From IMG/VR virus record IMGVR_UViG_3300045988_020463, positions 1 to 33,560 of that record: DNA of 33,560 nucleotides; one strand, 5' to 3'. The position numbers were made by a program, and so were the translations under genes. Positions 7,395 to 16,874 of this stretch are shown here, one piece after another; position 1 is the stretch's first letter; every line of letters starts with the position of its first letter. Below the pieces are notes generated by a model. The model did not search any database and was not told the origin of the DNA. It worked only from the letters and a program-made list of their open reading frames with translations. Origin of the DNA: a virus.

Positions 7395-8018
7395 ATGAAG
7401 ATTACACCATTAACAATCGATTTTGACGTTACAAGCGCGCAAGAAGTGGAATTTGTAAATGACCTTATGAACCGTCTATTTGGAAGCGCACCGCTTAAGG
7501 CTATGGCATCGTCTACAGAGAACCCAGTAAACAGTACAAGCGTACCGACGTTTAGCGAACCGACGTTTAGCGAACCGACGCAGACCGCCGCACCCGTTCA
7601 AGAAGTGAAGGAAGAACCAAAGAAGGAAACGATTATAGAGGAAACAATAGCAGACGCTATCGCAGAGGTTAAAAAGGAAATCGGAAAACCCGAGAAGCCA
7701 AAGGCTGCAAATGTAGCAAAGCCGAAGACTGCAAATGTAGCAAAGCCGAAGGCCGTAAAAGAAGCCCCACAAGCGACGATTGAACCCGAACCCGTACAAG
7801 CTCCCGCCAAAGAGGAGAAAGTCCCAGAGAAAGCCCCAAACGAGCCTCTAACGGCAAAGGACATGCAGGCGTTCATGATTGATTTAATGAAAACCGGGAA
7901 AATCACCCGTCCGCAATTAACGGACATCATGTTGGAGTTCGGCGGCGCGTCTCTTATGCGTATCAAGCCCGAGAAGTACGAGCTATTAAAACAACGTATT
8001 GAAACCTATAACGATTAA
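7395..8018 (+). CDS. Hypothetical protein with a Pro/Lys/Glu-rich repetitive linker
   Basis: 207 aa. Peptide repeats PTFSE x2 and (A/T)ANVAKPK x2 are encoded by DNA tandem repeats at 7545..7580 (15-bp unit) and 7705..7751 (24-bp unit). Small globular N- and C-terminal domains. Confidence 0.7.
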   Translation: MKITPLTIDFDVTSAQEVEFVNDLMNRLFGSAPLKAMASSTENPVNSTSVPTFSEPTFSEPTQTAAPVQEVKEEPKKETIIEETIADAIAEVKKEIGKPEKPKAANVAKPKTANVAKPKAVKEAPQATIEPEPVQAPAKEEKVPEKAPNEPLTAKDMQAFMIDLMKTGKITRPQLTDIMLEFGGASLMRIKPEKYELLKQRIETYND

Positions 8019-8023
8019 AAATA

Positions 8024-9202
8024 ATGAAAGAACAAATAGACCACACAAGTAGGGCACACGCCCTACTTTCTCCGAGCAGCTCGCACCGCTGGCTTAACTG
8101 CACACCTTCCGCGCGGTTGGAAGAACCATACGAAAGCACAAGCAGCGCGGCAGCGGACGAAGGGACAGTAGCGCACGAGTTGGCAGAGCACGCAATAGAA
8201 AAGTATTTAGCCGGGGAATACCTACCGTTATTGGACGAATTGCCCGTACCCGATGAGATACGCAATAACAAGTACTATAGCTCAGAGATGGAACACTACG
8301 TAACGGATTACGTTTGCTATGTGTGTGATATATACGAACTGGAGGAAGGCGCTAAAATGAGTATAGAACGAAAGTTCGACCTAACGACATACGTTCCCGA
8401 GTGTTTCGGTAGCTGTGACTGCGACATAGTAGGCGAGACTGTTCTAAACATCATAGACCTAAAATATGGTAAGGGCGTACAAGTGGACGCTAACGGGAAT
8501 AGCCAGTTAATGATGTACGCTATAGGGGTGCTTAACTCCCTGGAACCGCACCACCGCTCGAAGATTGAAAAAGTACGTATGCACATCGCACAAGTACGGT
8601 TAGGCAATTACTCGGTATTTGAGATGTCCGCACGGGACTTGACCCATTGGGCGATACACGTACTACGCCCCACGGCTGAAAAGGCATGGGCTGGGCAAGG
8701 GGAAACCAAAGTAGGAAGCCATTGTAAGTTCTGTAAGTTCAAGGCACAGTGCCGGGCACAGAAAGATGCTTTAGTTAACGAGTTCGAGACCTACGGGGAC
8801 ACAAAGGCGTTAACGCTCGATGAGATAGGCGATATATTAAGCAAGTCCGATATGTTCACGGATTGGCTGGCATCCGTAAAGACATTCGCAATGCAAGCCG
8901 CTACACGGGGCGAAAAGGTCAAGGGGTGGAAGCTTGTAGAGGGTAGGTCAGCACGTGTCATAAACGACACAGAAACAGCCATAGAGCGCCTAAAGGCTAT
9001 CGGGTTATCTACCGAGGACATAACTAACCGCAAACTGAAAGGTATTGGAGACCTTGAACGCCTGGTTGGTAAAAAACCGCTCGCCGCAACTCTTGATGGT
9101 CTGATAGTCAAGCCGCAAGGACTGCCGACATTAGCCCCGGAAAGTGATAAGAGGGAAGAATTAAGCCCTACTATTGATGACTTCGAGGAATTAAATTCAT
9201 AA
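8024..9202 (+). CDS. PD-(D/E)XK nuclease, DUF2800/Cas4-like with a 4-Cys cluster
   Basis: N-terminal LLSPSSSHRWLNCTPS; core IIDLKYGKGVQVDANGNSQLMMYA (D-x-K nuclease motif); C-terminal HCKFCKFKAQC. Together these give the Cys arrangement of Cas4/AddB-type Fe-S nucleases. Confidence 0.85.
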   Translation: MKEQIDHTSRAHALLSPSSSHRWLNCTPSARLEEPYESTSSAAADEGTVAHELAEHAIEKYLAGEYLPLLDELPVPDEIRNNKYYSSEMEHYVTDYVCYVCDIYELEEGAKMSIERKFDLTTYVPECFGSCDCDIVGETVLNIIDLKYGKGVQVDANGNSQLMMYAIGVLNSLEPHHRSKIEKVRMHIAQVRLGNYSVFEMSARDLTHWAIHVLRPTAEKAWAGQGETKVGSHCKFCKFKAQCRAQKDALVNEFETYGDTKALTLDEIGDILSKSDMFTDWLASVKTFAMQAATRGEKVKGWKLVEGRSARVINDTETAIERLKAIGLSTEDITNRKLKGIGDLERLVGKKPLAATLDGLIVKPQGLPTLAPESDKREELSPTIDDFEELNS

Positions 9203-9207
9203 AAGAT

Positions 9208-9249
9208 GTTAACGAAAGAACCAACCTATCAGATAAAGCGTTATATTTG
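9208..9249 (+). promoter_or_regulatory. Early promoter, GTTAAC class
   Basis: GTTAAC-gaaaga-ACCAAC-N16-TATATTTG. Confidence 0.7.
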
Positions 9250-9275
9250 CATTATCAATTTAAAAACAAAACGAT

Positions 9276-9605
9276 ATGAAAAGTAACAACGGTATTTTAA
9301 CAGAGAAAGAGATTCAAGAAAGAACCAAGTTTTGGAACAAAAAACAGTTCCGCACATGGAGCAAGAAAGAACTTGAAAGAACCTCTACAGACATGCAAAA
9401 ACTTTTAGCAGCCCTAAAGGAATTCAGTATGGACGAGATTGAATCTATTAGAAATTCAGACGTGTATAGATTTAGGGCATACGTGGGTGGCTTTAGGGCA
9501 TACGGAAAGAACGACCCGAAGTGTATCGTACGTATGGCAGCCCAAAAGGATATAGACTACGCTATTTCGATAGCACCAAAAACTTTTAAAGTTAAACAAG
9601 GTTAA
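9276..9605 (+). CDS. Hypothetical protein
   Basis: 109-aa ORF with leader caatttaaaaacaaaacgatATG. Confidence 0.65.
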   Translation: MKSNNGILTEKEIQERTKFWNKKQFRTWSKKELERTSTDMQKLLAALKEFSMDEIESIRNSDVYRFRAYVGGFRAYGKNDPKCIVRMAAQKDIDYAISIAPKTFKVKQG

Positions 9606-9642
9606 CAGAATAAACAACTTATTGATTTATTTGTTATCTTTG
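9601..9642 (+). promoter_or_regulatory. Early promoter, GTTAAC class
   Basis: GTTAAC-agaata-AACAAC-N16-TATCTTTG. Confidence 0.65.
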
Positions 9643-9708
9643 CAACATCAAATTAAAAACGGAACGCCCGAACCGATTAGAGGGCAAAAACAATAAAACA
9701 AGTTTATT

Positions 9709-10248
9709 ATGAAAGCAATGATTAAGAACGTGAGATTGAGTTATGTCAGATTGTTTGAAGCGCAACAAGTCAACGGACAAGGAGAAGCAAGTTACAGCGT
9801 ATGTTTATTGATTCCGAAGGATAGCCCGGAAGTCCCAAAGATTAAGGCAGCTATCGAGCAAGAATTTAAGGGACTGAAAGCCCGTTACCCGAAGTTGAAC
9901 GGCAAAGACCCAAAGGTATGGACTAACCCGTTAAGAGACGGGGACGAAGAAAAAGACGGGGCGGAGTATCAAGGTTGCTACTTTATCAACGCAAAGCGTA
10001 AAGAGAAGCAAGGAGCGCCTATCGTAATCGACGGTAGAAAACAGTACATCACAGACCAGAACGAGGTTTATAGCGGTTCTTGGGGCAACGTAGCCGTATC
10101 ATTCTACCCCTATGAGTTTACTGGGAAGTACGGTATCGGCGTAGGCTTGAACGGTGTGCAGAAGGTAAGAGACGATGAAAGACTGGACGGCGGTACAAGC
10201 CTTGATGATTTCGACTTTGAGGACGAGAACGACGACCTTTTCAACTAA
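9709..10248 (+). CDS. Single-stranded DNA-binding protein, DUF2815 type
   Basis: N-terminal VRLSYVRLFEAQ...YSVCLLIPKD matches the DUF2815 pattern. The acidic C-terminal tail DDFDFEDENDDLFN is typical of SSB partner-recruitment tails. Confidence 0.8.
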   Translation: MKAMIKNVRLSYVRLFEAQQVNGQGEASYSVCLLIPKDSPEVPKIKAAIEQEFKGLKARYPKLNGKDPKVWTNPLRDGDEEKDGAEYQGCYFINAKRKEKQGAPIVIDGRKQYITDQNEVYSGSWGNVAVSFYPYEFTGKYGIGVGLNGVQKVRDDERLDGGTSLDDFDFEDENDDLFN

Positions 10249-10274
10249 CAATTCACTTAAACAGATTAATAACC

Positions 10275-10294
10275 GGGCGGTGTAACAGCCGCCC
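10275..10294 (+). other. GC-rich hairpin after the SSB gene (no U-tract)
   Basis: gggcgg-tgtaacag-ccgccc followed by an A-run, not a T-run. Terminator function is uncertain. Confidence 0.35.
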
Positions 10295-10311
10295 AAAAAT
10301 AAAAAGCAAAA

Positions 10312-11412
10312 GTGGGAAAATACGGTTCATACGTAAACGCAGAAGGTGTTAGAATTTCAAAGGCAACGGGCAAACCGTTGAAGAAGTATAATAAGGTCAA
10401 CAAGGCATATTGGGCAGCCCGTGAGGGCAAAACAGTTGTGGGAGTACAGCAACCTACAGTAGAGGTAGACCCGGTAATAGCAAAATTGCAGAGCCTCTAT
10501 ACAGAGGAGGAGATAAAAGGTATTATCGGTTTGAAGGAAGACAAGGGCACGTTTGAACTCATCAACATTGTAGAAAAAACAAAGTCAAGCATAGATGACG
10601 GAAATACGGGCATACTGATTGCTTCGGACTTCCACATAGAGGAGACCGTAAAAGCATCAACCGTTTTAGGTCTGAATGAGTTCAACATAGATATTGCAGA
10701 GAAGCGCGTTAAGAACTATTTCGCGAACGCTATATACATGGTTAAAAAGCATTCTATAAATAATTTGGTGGTTGGTTTGCTGGGAGATTTCATAGGTGGC
10801 TATATTCACGACGAACTGGCGCAAACAAACAGCCAGACCCCAATGCAAGGAATATCCACTATTAAATCATGGCTCATTTCCGGGCTAAAAGCGATGCACG
10901 ACCAATTGCCCAACATTGAAAAGTTTGTTGTTGTCGGTATATGCGGAAATCATGCAAGAACTACGAAGCGCATGCAGTTTGCGAACGGCTTTGCGATGAA
11001 TTTTGAGTATTTTTTATACAAGGATATAGAGCAAGCCTTAACTTTAATGGGTCTAACAAAGTTTGAGTTCATCATTCCCGAAAGTGAATTTGCGTACCTG
11101 GATATATACGGTAGGAAAATTCTTATGTGCCACGGACACCAGGTTAAGAGTGCGGGAGGCGTAGGCGGTTTATTCCCACCGATGCTAAGATGGTTCGGAA
11201 AATTAAACCAGACGATTAAAGTAGATAAGGTTTTCCTAGGTCACTTCCACCAGTCCATATATACTAAAGAGTTTTGTGTGAACGGCTCTGTAAAAGGCTA
11301 CGACGCGTACGCATGCGGCATGGGGCTGGCATACGAAGAACCTAAACAGGCGTTTGTAGTCCTCAACAAGAAGCGCGGATTTATCACGTACACAAATATT
11401 TTTGTAGATTGA
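10312..11412 (+). CDS. Calcineurin-like metallophosphoesterase (Mre11/SbcD-like fold)
   Basis: All five phosphoesterase motifs appear in order: SDFH, GDFIGG, GNHAR, CHGH, GHFH. The only available start is GTG at 10312, behind the A-rich leader aaaaataaaaagcaaaa. Confidence 0.8.
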   Translation: MGKYGSYVNAEGVRISKATGKPLKKYNKVNKAYWAAREGKTVVGVQQPTVEVDPVIAKLQSLYTEEEIKGIIGLKEDKGTFELINIVEKTKSSIDDGNTGILIASDFHIEETVKASTVLGLNEFNIDIAEKRVKNYFANAIYMVKKHSINNLVVGLLGDFIGGYIHDELAQTNSQTPMQGISTIKSWLISGLKAMHDQLPNIEKFVVVGICGNHARTTKRMQFANGFAMNFEYFLYKDIEQALTLMGLTKFEFIIPESEFAYLDIYGRKILMCHGHQVKSAGGVGGLFPPMLRWFGKLNQTIKVDKVFLGHFHQSIYTKEFCVNGSVKGYDAYACGMGLAYEEPKQAFVVLNKKRGFITYTNIFVD

Positions 11413-11413
11413 T

Positions 11414-11911
11414 ATGCTGACTTTTGAAAGAGCAAATGAACTTTTCCGCTATGACCCAATTAGCGGAAAAGTTTTTAGGAAAGTAACAACATCGTCAAGG
11501 TCTATTAAGGGCACAGAGGCAGGGTCACTCGATAAGAGAGAACGTTATTTGCGTGTCACAGTTGACGGGGTGGGTTATCAATTACACCGGGTGATAATGC
11601 TTCTCGTACACGGACACCTCGACAAGAGCGTACATGTAGACCATATATCGCACGATAGGGCCGATAATAGGCTGTGTAATTTACGGCTGGTTAGCCTTTC
11701 CGAGAACAACAAAAATAAATCTATGGATAGGCGCAACAGCACGGGGGTAACTGGGGTTAGATTCAACAAAAAATATAATACATGGGGCGCGCATATCGGG
11801 GTAAGTGGAACCGAAATACATTTAGGTTCATTTAAGACCCTGGAAGAAGCCGCCGCCGCCCGTGCTGAAGCTGAAATAAAATATGGATTTCATCCTAACC
11901 ACGGTTTATAA
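11414..11911 (+). mobile_element. HNH homing endonuclease with C-terminal AP2 DNA-binding domain
   Basis: HNH_3 motif VDHISHDRADNRLCNLRLVSLSENNKN. AP2-like GVTGVRFNKKYNTWGAHIGVSGTEIHLGSFKTLEEAAAAR. Free-standing, with its own strong terminator. Confidence 0.85.
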
Positions 11912-11921
11912 ATGGTCTAAG

Positions 11922-11962
11922 GGCTACTAATTGTTAAATAAATGCAATTAGTAGCCTTTTTT
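11922..11962 (+). terminator. Rho-independent terminator after the HNH gene
   Basis: Perfect 12-bp stem ggctactaattg/caattagtagcc followed by tttttt. Confidence 0.85.
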
Positions 11963-12029
11963 CTTGTTTATTAAAAACATTGTTGTACCTTCGCCGTTAT
12001 AATAGTAATAACAATTAAAACAAGTGATT

Positions 12030-14048
12030 ATGCGAAATTTATTTATTGACTTCGAAACATTTAGTACTACGGACATTAAAAGCGCCGGTAACTATAAATA
12101 CTGTGAGGACGAGAATTTCGAGATTCTTCTTTGCGGTTACATGTGGGACACCGACACGGACGTTACAATTATCGACTTAACGAAGCCCGAAGGACTGGAC
12201 GAGTTTAACGAGTTGTTTACATATGTACAGAACAACGAGGAAGTTGTAATAGTAGCACACAACGCTACGTTTGAACGTATCTGTTTGCGTGAATATGGGT
12301 TTGACATCAGCCCTATGCGCTTTTTCTGTACGGCAAATATGTCGTTATATTGTGGTATGCCCGCATCACTGGAGGCGGTATCCAATATTCTAAACCTTGA
12401 CGACAAGAAGAAGGGCACGGGCAAAAACCTTATCCGTTATTTTTCTATCCCGTGCAAGCCTACCAAAACAAACGGAGGGCGCACACGTAATTTACCGGAA
12501 CACGCCCCCGAGGACTGGGAAGAGTTCATCGATTACCTACGTTATGATGTGCTTTCAGAAAAGGAGATATTCGGTAAGCTGTCCCGGTTTGAGTTCCCGG
12601 AAGAAGAACAACGCATCTATGCAGCAGACCAGCGTATAAACGATTACGGTATATTGGCAGACCTCGAGCTGGCACACGCCGCGCAGGATATGGACGAAGA
12701 ATATAAAGCACGCCTTACCGAGAAAGCCGAAAAGGAATTCGGGTTGAGTTCTCTAAAGTCCATGCCGCAGTTAAAGAGCTTCATTAAAGAGCGTACGGGC
12801 GTGGTTATCGATTCCCTCAATAAGAATAGTATTGAAGAGGTGATAAAGACCGTAGCGAGCCTTAAAAACGTTACTGACGAGGATAAGCAAGCGGTGTTAG
12901 ACGTTATAGACCTACGTAGGGAGATAGGTAAAACGTCGAATGCCAAGTACACCGCCATGCTTGCAAGCGCCGGACGGGGCAACCGTATTAGAGGACTATT
13001 CCGTTACTATGGTGCGAGCCGTACCGGGCGATGGGCCGGGCGCTTGGTCCAGCTGCAAAACCTACCGCAAAACCATATCGAAGACCTGGACGGGGCGCGA
13101 GACTTGGCAAAGATGCACGACCTGGATATGATGGAATTAATATATGACAAGCCTACGCATATACTATCGCAGCTTATACGTACCGCGTTCATCGCCCCCG
13201 AGGGGTACACGTTCTCCGTGGCCGACTTCTCGGCTATTGAAGCCAGGGTAATTGCTTGGGTTGCCAACGAGCAATGGCGTTTAGACTTATTTAACGACCC
13301 GAAGGCAGATATTTATTGTGCCTCTGCCTCTAAAATGTTCGGCGTACCGGTACACAAGGGGGACGATTTAAGGCAGCGCGGAAAGGTTGCGGAGCTTGCA
13401 TTAGGATATGGTGGCGGCGTTAACGCGCTTACCACAATGGATATTAAAAAAGAGTTAAAAGACGAAGAGAAACCTCAAATTTTGTCAAAATGGAGAGAAG
13501 CTAATAAAAAAGTAGTATCTTTGTGGCGTTCGTTAGAAGATTGTGCAAAACGATGTATTGGAACGAGACGCGAACAAGTTTATAGGATAAACGATGTTTC
13601 GAGTATTATATTCCGATACGAGAGCGGCGCAATGACTATCGAAATACCGAGCGGTAGAAAGCTATTCTACCCGTCTGCAAGAATGGGAAAACGCACTATC
13701 GAAGGCGTTAACGGCTCGTTTGAGGTTGAGGATATCTCCTATATGGGCCAAGACCAAACCTCCGGGAAATGGGTCAAACTAAACACCTACGGAGGCAAGC
13801 TAACAGAGAACGTCGTGCAAGCAATAGCCCGTGACTTGCTGGCAAATGCGATTTTCAAGGTTTTTGATTTAGGCTTTAATATCGTGTTGCATGTTCACGA
13901 TGAGATAGCCGCCGAGATACCAAAAGACGGAAACGAAGAAAAGACGCTGCAAATAATGAGTGATGCCATGTGCAACGCCCCGAGTTGGGCAAAGGGCATA
14001 CCATTAAGAGCAGCAGGTTATATTACTGATTATTACAAAAAAGATTAA
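12030..14048 (+). CDS. Family A DNA polymerase with 3'-5' exonuclease domain
   Basis: Exo motifs FIDFETFS, HNATFE and YLRYDV. Polymerase motif A is DFSAIEARV, motif B is RQRGKVAELALGYGGG, and motif C is VHDEI. ATG 12030 is preferred over the track GTG at 12024. Confidence 0.92.
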   Translation: MRNLFIDFETFSTTDIKSAGNYKYCEDENFEILLCGYMWDTDTDVTIIDLTKPEGLDEFNELFTYVQNNEEVVIVAHNATFERICLREYGFDISPMRFFCTANMSLYCGMPASLEAVSNILNLDDKKKGTGKNLIRYFSIPCKPTKTNGGRTRNLPEHAPEDWEEFIDYLRYDVLSEKEIFGKLSRFEFPEEEQRIYAADQRINDYGILADLELAHAAQDMDEEYKARLTEKAEKEFGLSSLKSMPQLKSFIKERTGVVIDSLNKNSIEEVIKTVASLKNVTDEDKQAVLDVIDLRREIGKTSNAKYTAMLASAGRGNRIRGLFRYYGASRTGRWAGRLVQLQNLPQNHIEDLDGARDLAKMHDLDMMELIYDKPTHILSQLIRTAFIAPEGYTFSVADFSAIEARVIAWVANEQWRLDLFNDPKADIYCASASKMFGVPVHKGDDLRQRGKVAELALGYGGGVNALTTMDIKKELKDEEKPQILSKWREANKKVVSLWRSLEDCAKRCIGTRREQVYRINDVSSIIFRYESGAMTIEIPSGRKLFYPSARMGKRTIEGVNGSFEVEDISYMGQDQTSGKWVKLNTYGGKLTENVVQAIARDLLANAIFKVFDLGFNIVLHVHDEIAAEIPKDGNEEKTLQIMSDAMCNAPSWAKGIPLRAAGYITDYYKKD

Positions 14049-14051
14049 ATT

Positions 14052-16490
14052 ATGGAATTGAGAAAAATGGTTTTTAAAATTGCTACGGCGAGCAGCGCAA
14101 AGTCTACTTCATGGAAAAACCGCTCCTACTCATGGGACGAGTTAACCGAGAAGCTGACAAAGGCAACCGTTACGGACGAGACGTACCGGGAGTTTATGAG
14201 CGCGAGCAAAGTCGAGCAGGGTAATATTAAAGACGTAGGCGCATTCATGGGCGGCGAGTTGTTCGGTAGCCGTAGAAACAAAAACAATGTCGGTGAGCGC
14301 TCTATATTGGCGCTTGATATTGACTACGGAGAAAAGAACTTCCCCGAGGCGTTCTACTCGGTTATTAATTGCGCATGTATCATTCACGGTACGCACAAGC
14401 ATAACCCGAAAGCAAATACGCTCCGTTACCGTGCCATCATCCCGTTGTCCGAACCAGTGGACGGGGAGCAATACGAAGCTATCGCCCGAAAGGTTGCAGA
14501 ATTAACGGGCATCGACTTGTACGACCGCACCACCTTTCAACCCGAGCGCTGCATGTTCTTCCCGTCGGTTTCCAAAGACGTAGAGTATGAGTTTATAGAT
14601 TACTCAGCGTTTAACGAAAGCCCTTTGGACGTGCAGAAGTATTTGGGCATGTACGACGATTGGAGCGATACGACCGAATGGGCATACCACAAGGACGAGA
14701 AGGGCGAAGCCCGGACACTCGCCAAGGAACAACAAGACCCAACACTAAAAGAGGGTAACGTAGGCGACTTCTGTAGAGCATACACGATTAGCGAGGTTAT
14801 CGCGGAATACCTACCGGACGTGTACGAACCGACCGACCAGGAAGACAGATGGACGTATACGGGCGGTTCCACATCGGGCGGCATGCTTACCTTTGATGAT
14901 ATGTTTGCCTACTCGTTCCATAACAACGACCCGATACAAGGCAACCATGTGTTCAACGCCTACGACCTTGTGCGTGTACACAAGTTCGGTAAGCTGGATA
15001 AGGGCGCGGATAGGAAGAACTCCACCGAGGCTATGAACGAATTGGTAAACAAGGACGCGAAGGTAGCCGCGGCACGTGCCCGAATGCTTGCGGTTAAGGC
15101 TGGAGAAATCATGGATGATTTCGACGATGTTATAGAAGTAGAGGAAGTGACGGACAGCGACGTAGCGACTACCTACGAGGACGCAATGGCGAAACTGGAA
15201 ACGGACAAGCGCGGAGCTTACCTACCGTCTGCAAAGAACTTAGGGCTGATAATGAAGTACGACCCGAATTTAAAGGGGCTTATTGCACGAGACCTATTTA
15301 AAGAACGACGGGTTGTTACACGCATACCTCCTTGGCGCGCAAAGGATAGTTCTTTGGACTTCCAAGACGTGGACTATTCGGGCGTACGTAAACACATTGA
15401 AGACGTGTACGGCATATCGAATAGTGCGAAGATTGACGATGCTATAGCGCTATCCGCCGAGATGAACTCATTCCACCCGGTGCAGGAATACCTAACAAAA
15501 TTAAAGTGGGACGGTATCGAAAGAGTCGATAAGGCTTTAATTCACATCATGGGCGCCGAGGATAACATATACACCCGTGAGGCATTCCGCATCATGATGG
15601 TGGGGGCGGTTAAGCGTATCTTTCAAAAGGGCTGCAAGTTCGACAGTATGTTAGTGCTCCAGTCCGAGCAGGGCGCCGGAAAGAGCACATTTATTCGGAT
15701 GCTTGGCAAACATTGGTTCTCCGATAGTCTTTCGAGCATGGACGGAAAAAGCGCGTTTGAACAATTGCAGGGTAACTGGATATTGGAGGTAGCCGAGTTG
15801 TCGGCAATGAGACGTTCAGAGGTTGAAGGCGTGAAAAACTTCATTTCTAAAACCGAGGACAGCTTTAGACCGGCATACGGGCGCGTTACTAAGAACTTCC
15901 CCCGGCAATGTATCTTTATAGGTACGACCAACCGGGACGAATTTCTAAAGGACGATACGGGCGGCAGACGCTTTTTGCCCGTGAAGGTCAAGGCGAACGC
16001 CAATACGCACCTTATCTTTGAGAAGGGTTTCGACGATTACGTAGACCAGCTTTGGGCGGAAGCCGTACAAATGTATTTCCGAAAAGCGAGTACGTTGTTA
16101 TCCCATGAAGCCGAGGAAATCGCCGAGAAAGGACGCGAAGAGCATTACGAAGCCGACCCCCGTACCGCATCAGTAGAAGCGTATTTGGATATGCTCGTAC
16201 CGGCAGATTGGCGGCGTATGTATGTGAACGAAAGGCGCATGTACTTTAGGGAGTACGATGCATCGAAGGTAGACCCGGAAGACTTTACACTGGAAAAGAT
16301 GGACTTCGTGTCTATTATGCAAATCGCTACGGACGTGTTCGAGATGGAAGTAGGGCGCGTAACAACCAAGGAAAGCCGCGAAATAGCCGCCATCATGTCT
16401 AAAGTACAAGGGTGGCAGCGCGCGGCGAATGGAAAAACCGTCGCAGGTATCGGACGCACGCGAGGGTTTGAGCGTATTGTTAACGAGTGA
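14052..16490 (+). CDS. Bifunctional primase-polymerase (AEP) / VirE-type P-loop helicase
   Basis: N-terminal AEP-like LALDIDY and HGTHKH...RYRAIIPL. Central Walker A SEQGAGKST and Walker B-like ILEVAEL, in the VirE/D5-like arrangement. 812 aa. Confidence 0.85.
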   Translation: MELRKMVFKIATASSAKSTSWKNRSYSWDELTEKLTKATVTDETYREFMSASKVEQGNIKDVGAFMGGELFGSRRNKNNVGERSILALDIDYGEKNFPEAFYSVINCACIIHGTHKHNPKANTLRYRAIIPLSEPVDGEQYEAIARKVAELTGIDLYDRTTFQPERCMFFPSVSKDVEYEFIDYSAFNESPLDVQKYLGMYDDWSDTTEWAYHKDEKGEARTLAKEQQDPTLKEGNVGDFCRAYTISEVIAEYLPDVYEPTDQEDRWTYTGGSTSGGMLTFDDMFAYSFHNNDPIQGNHVFNAYDLVRVHKFGKLDKGADRKNSTEAMNELVNKDAKVAAARARMLAVKAGEIMDDFDDVIEVEEVTDSDVATTYEDAMAKLETDKRGAYLPSAKNLGLIMKYDPNLKGLIARDLFKERRVVTRIPPWRAKDSSLDFQDVDYSGVRKHIEDVYGISNSAKIDDAIALSAEMNSFHPVQEYLTKLKWDGIERVDKALIHIMGAEDNIYTREAFRIMMVGAVKRIFQKGCKFDSMLVLQSEQGAGKSTFIRMLGKHWFSDSLSSMDGKSAFEQLQGNWILEVAELSAMRRSEVEGVKNFISKTEDSFRPAYGRVTKNFPRQCIFIGTTNRDEFLKDDTGGRRFLPVKVKANANTHLIFEKGFDDYVDQLWAEAVQMYFRKASTLLSHEAEEIAEKGREEHYEADPRTASVEAYLDMLVPADWRRMYVNERRMYFREYDASKVDPEDFTLEKMDFVSIMQIATDVFEMEVGRVTTKESREIAAIMSKVQGWQRAANGKTVAGIGRTRGFERIVNE

Positions 16491-16497
16491 TAACAGA

Positions 16498-16515
16498 GGG
16501 GGCGTAAAAGCCCCC
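16498..16515 (+). other. Hairpin after the primase gene (no U-tract)
   Basis: gggggc-gtaaaa-gccccc. No T-run follows. Confidence 0.35.
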
Positions 16516-16570
16516 AAATGTTAACTAACTGTTAACAGAATAACTAAATGAGGTTTATTTCTTAAATGGT

Positions 16571-16612
16571 GTTAACGGAATATACAACCTATCGTTATTT
16601 GCCGTATATTTG
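16571..16612 (+). promoter_or_regulatory. Early promoter, GTTAAC class
   Basis: GTTAAC-ggaata-TACAAC-N16-TATATTTG. Two further GTTAAC boxes lie upstream at 16520 and 16531. Confidence 0.7.
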
Positions 16613-16654
16613 TAATGTCAAAAGGAAATAATAACAATTTAAAAACAAAAGATT

Positions 16655-16795
16655 ATGACTAAGTATTACGTAAATGGAAAGCAAATTTCAAAGCAAGAAG
16701 CTAACGAGATTAAAAAAGAAAATGCAAGATTGCAAAAGAGTACAGACCTTAACGACTGGTTGGGCATTCAATGGATTACAGAGATAAACAAATAA
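16655..16795 (+). CDS. Small hypothetical protein (46 aa, below the ORF-track cutoff)
   Basis: MTKYYVNGKQISKQEANEIKKENARLQKSTDLNDWLGIQWITEINK. Preceded by a 27-nt leader identical to that of the next gene (16631..16657 equals 16851..16877). Confidence 0.6.
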   Translation: MTKYYVNGKQISKQEANEIKKENARLQKSTDLNDWLGIQWITEINK

Positions 16796-16874
16796 AAGTT
16801 AATAGGGCAATAACGGTGAACCTTCCTAAAGCTTCCGTTGTTCTTATAGTATAACAATTTAAAAACAAAAGATT

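Noticed and set aside
12397-13131. Alternative-frame + strand ORFs inside the polymerase gene (80 and 63 aa), and similarly 14287..14505 in the primase gene
   Set aside because: They are nested out of frame in genes with complete catalytic motif sets, and their translations are Arg/Ser/Thr-rich with no start context.
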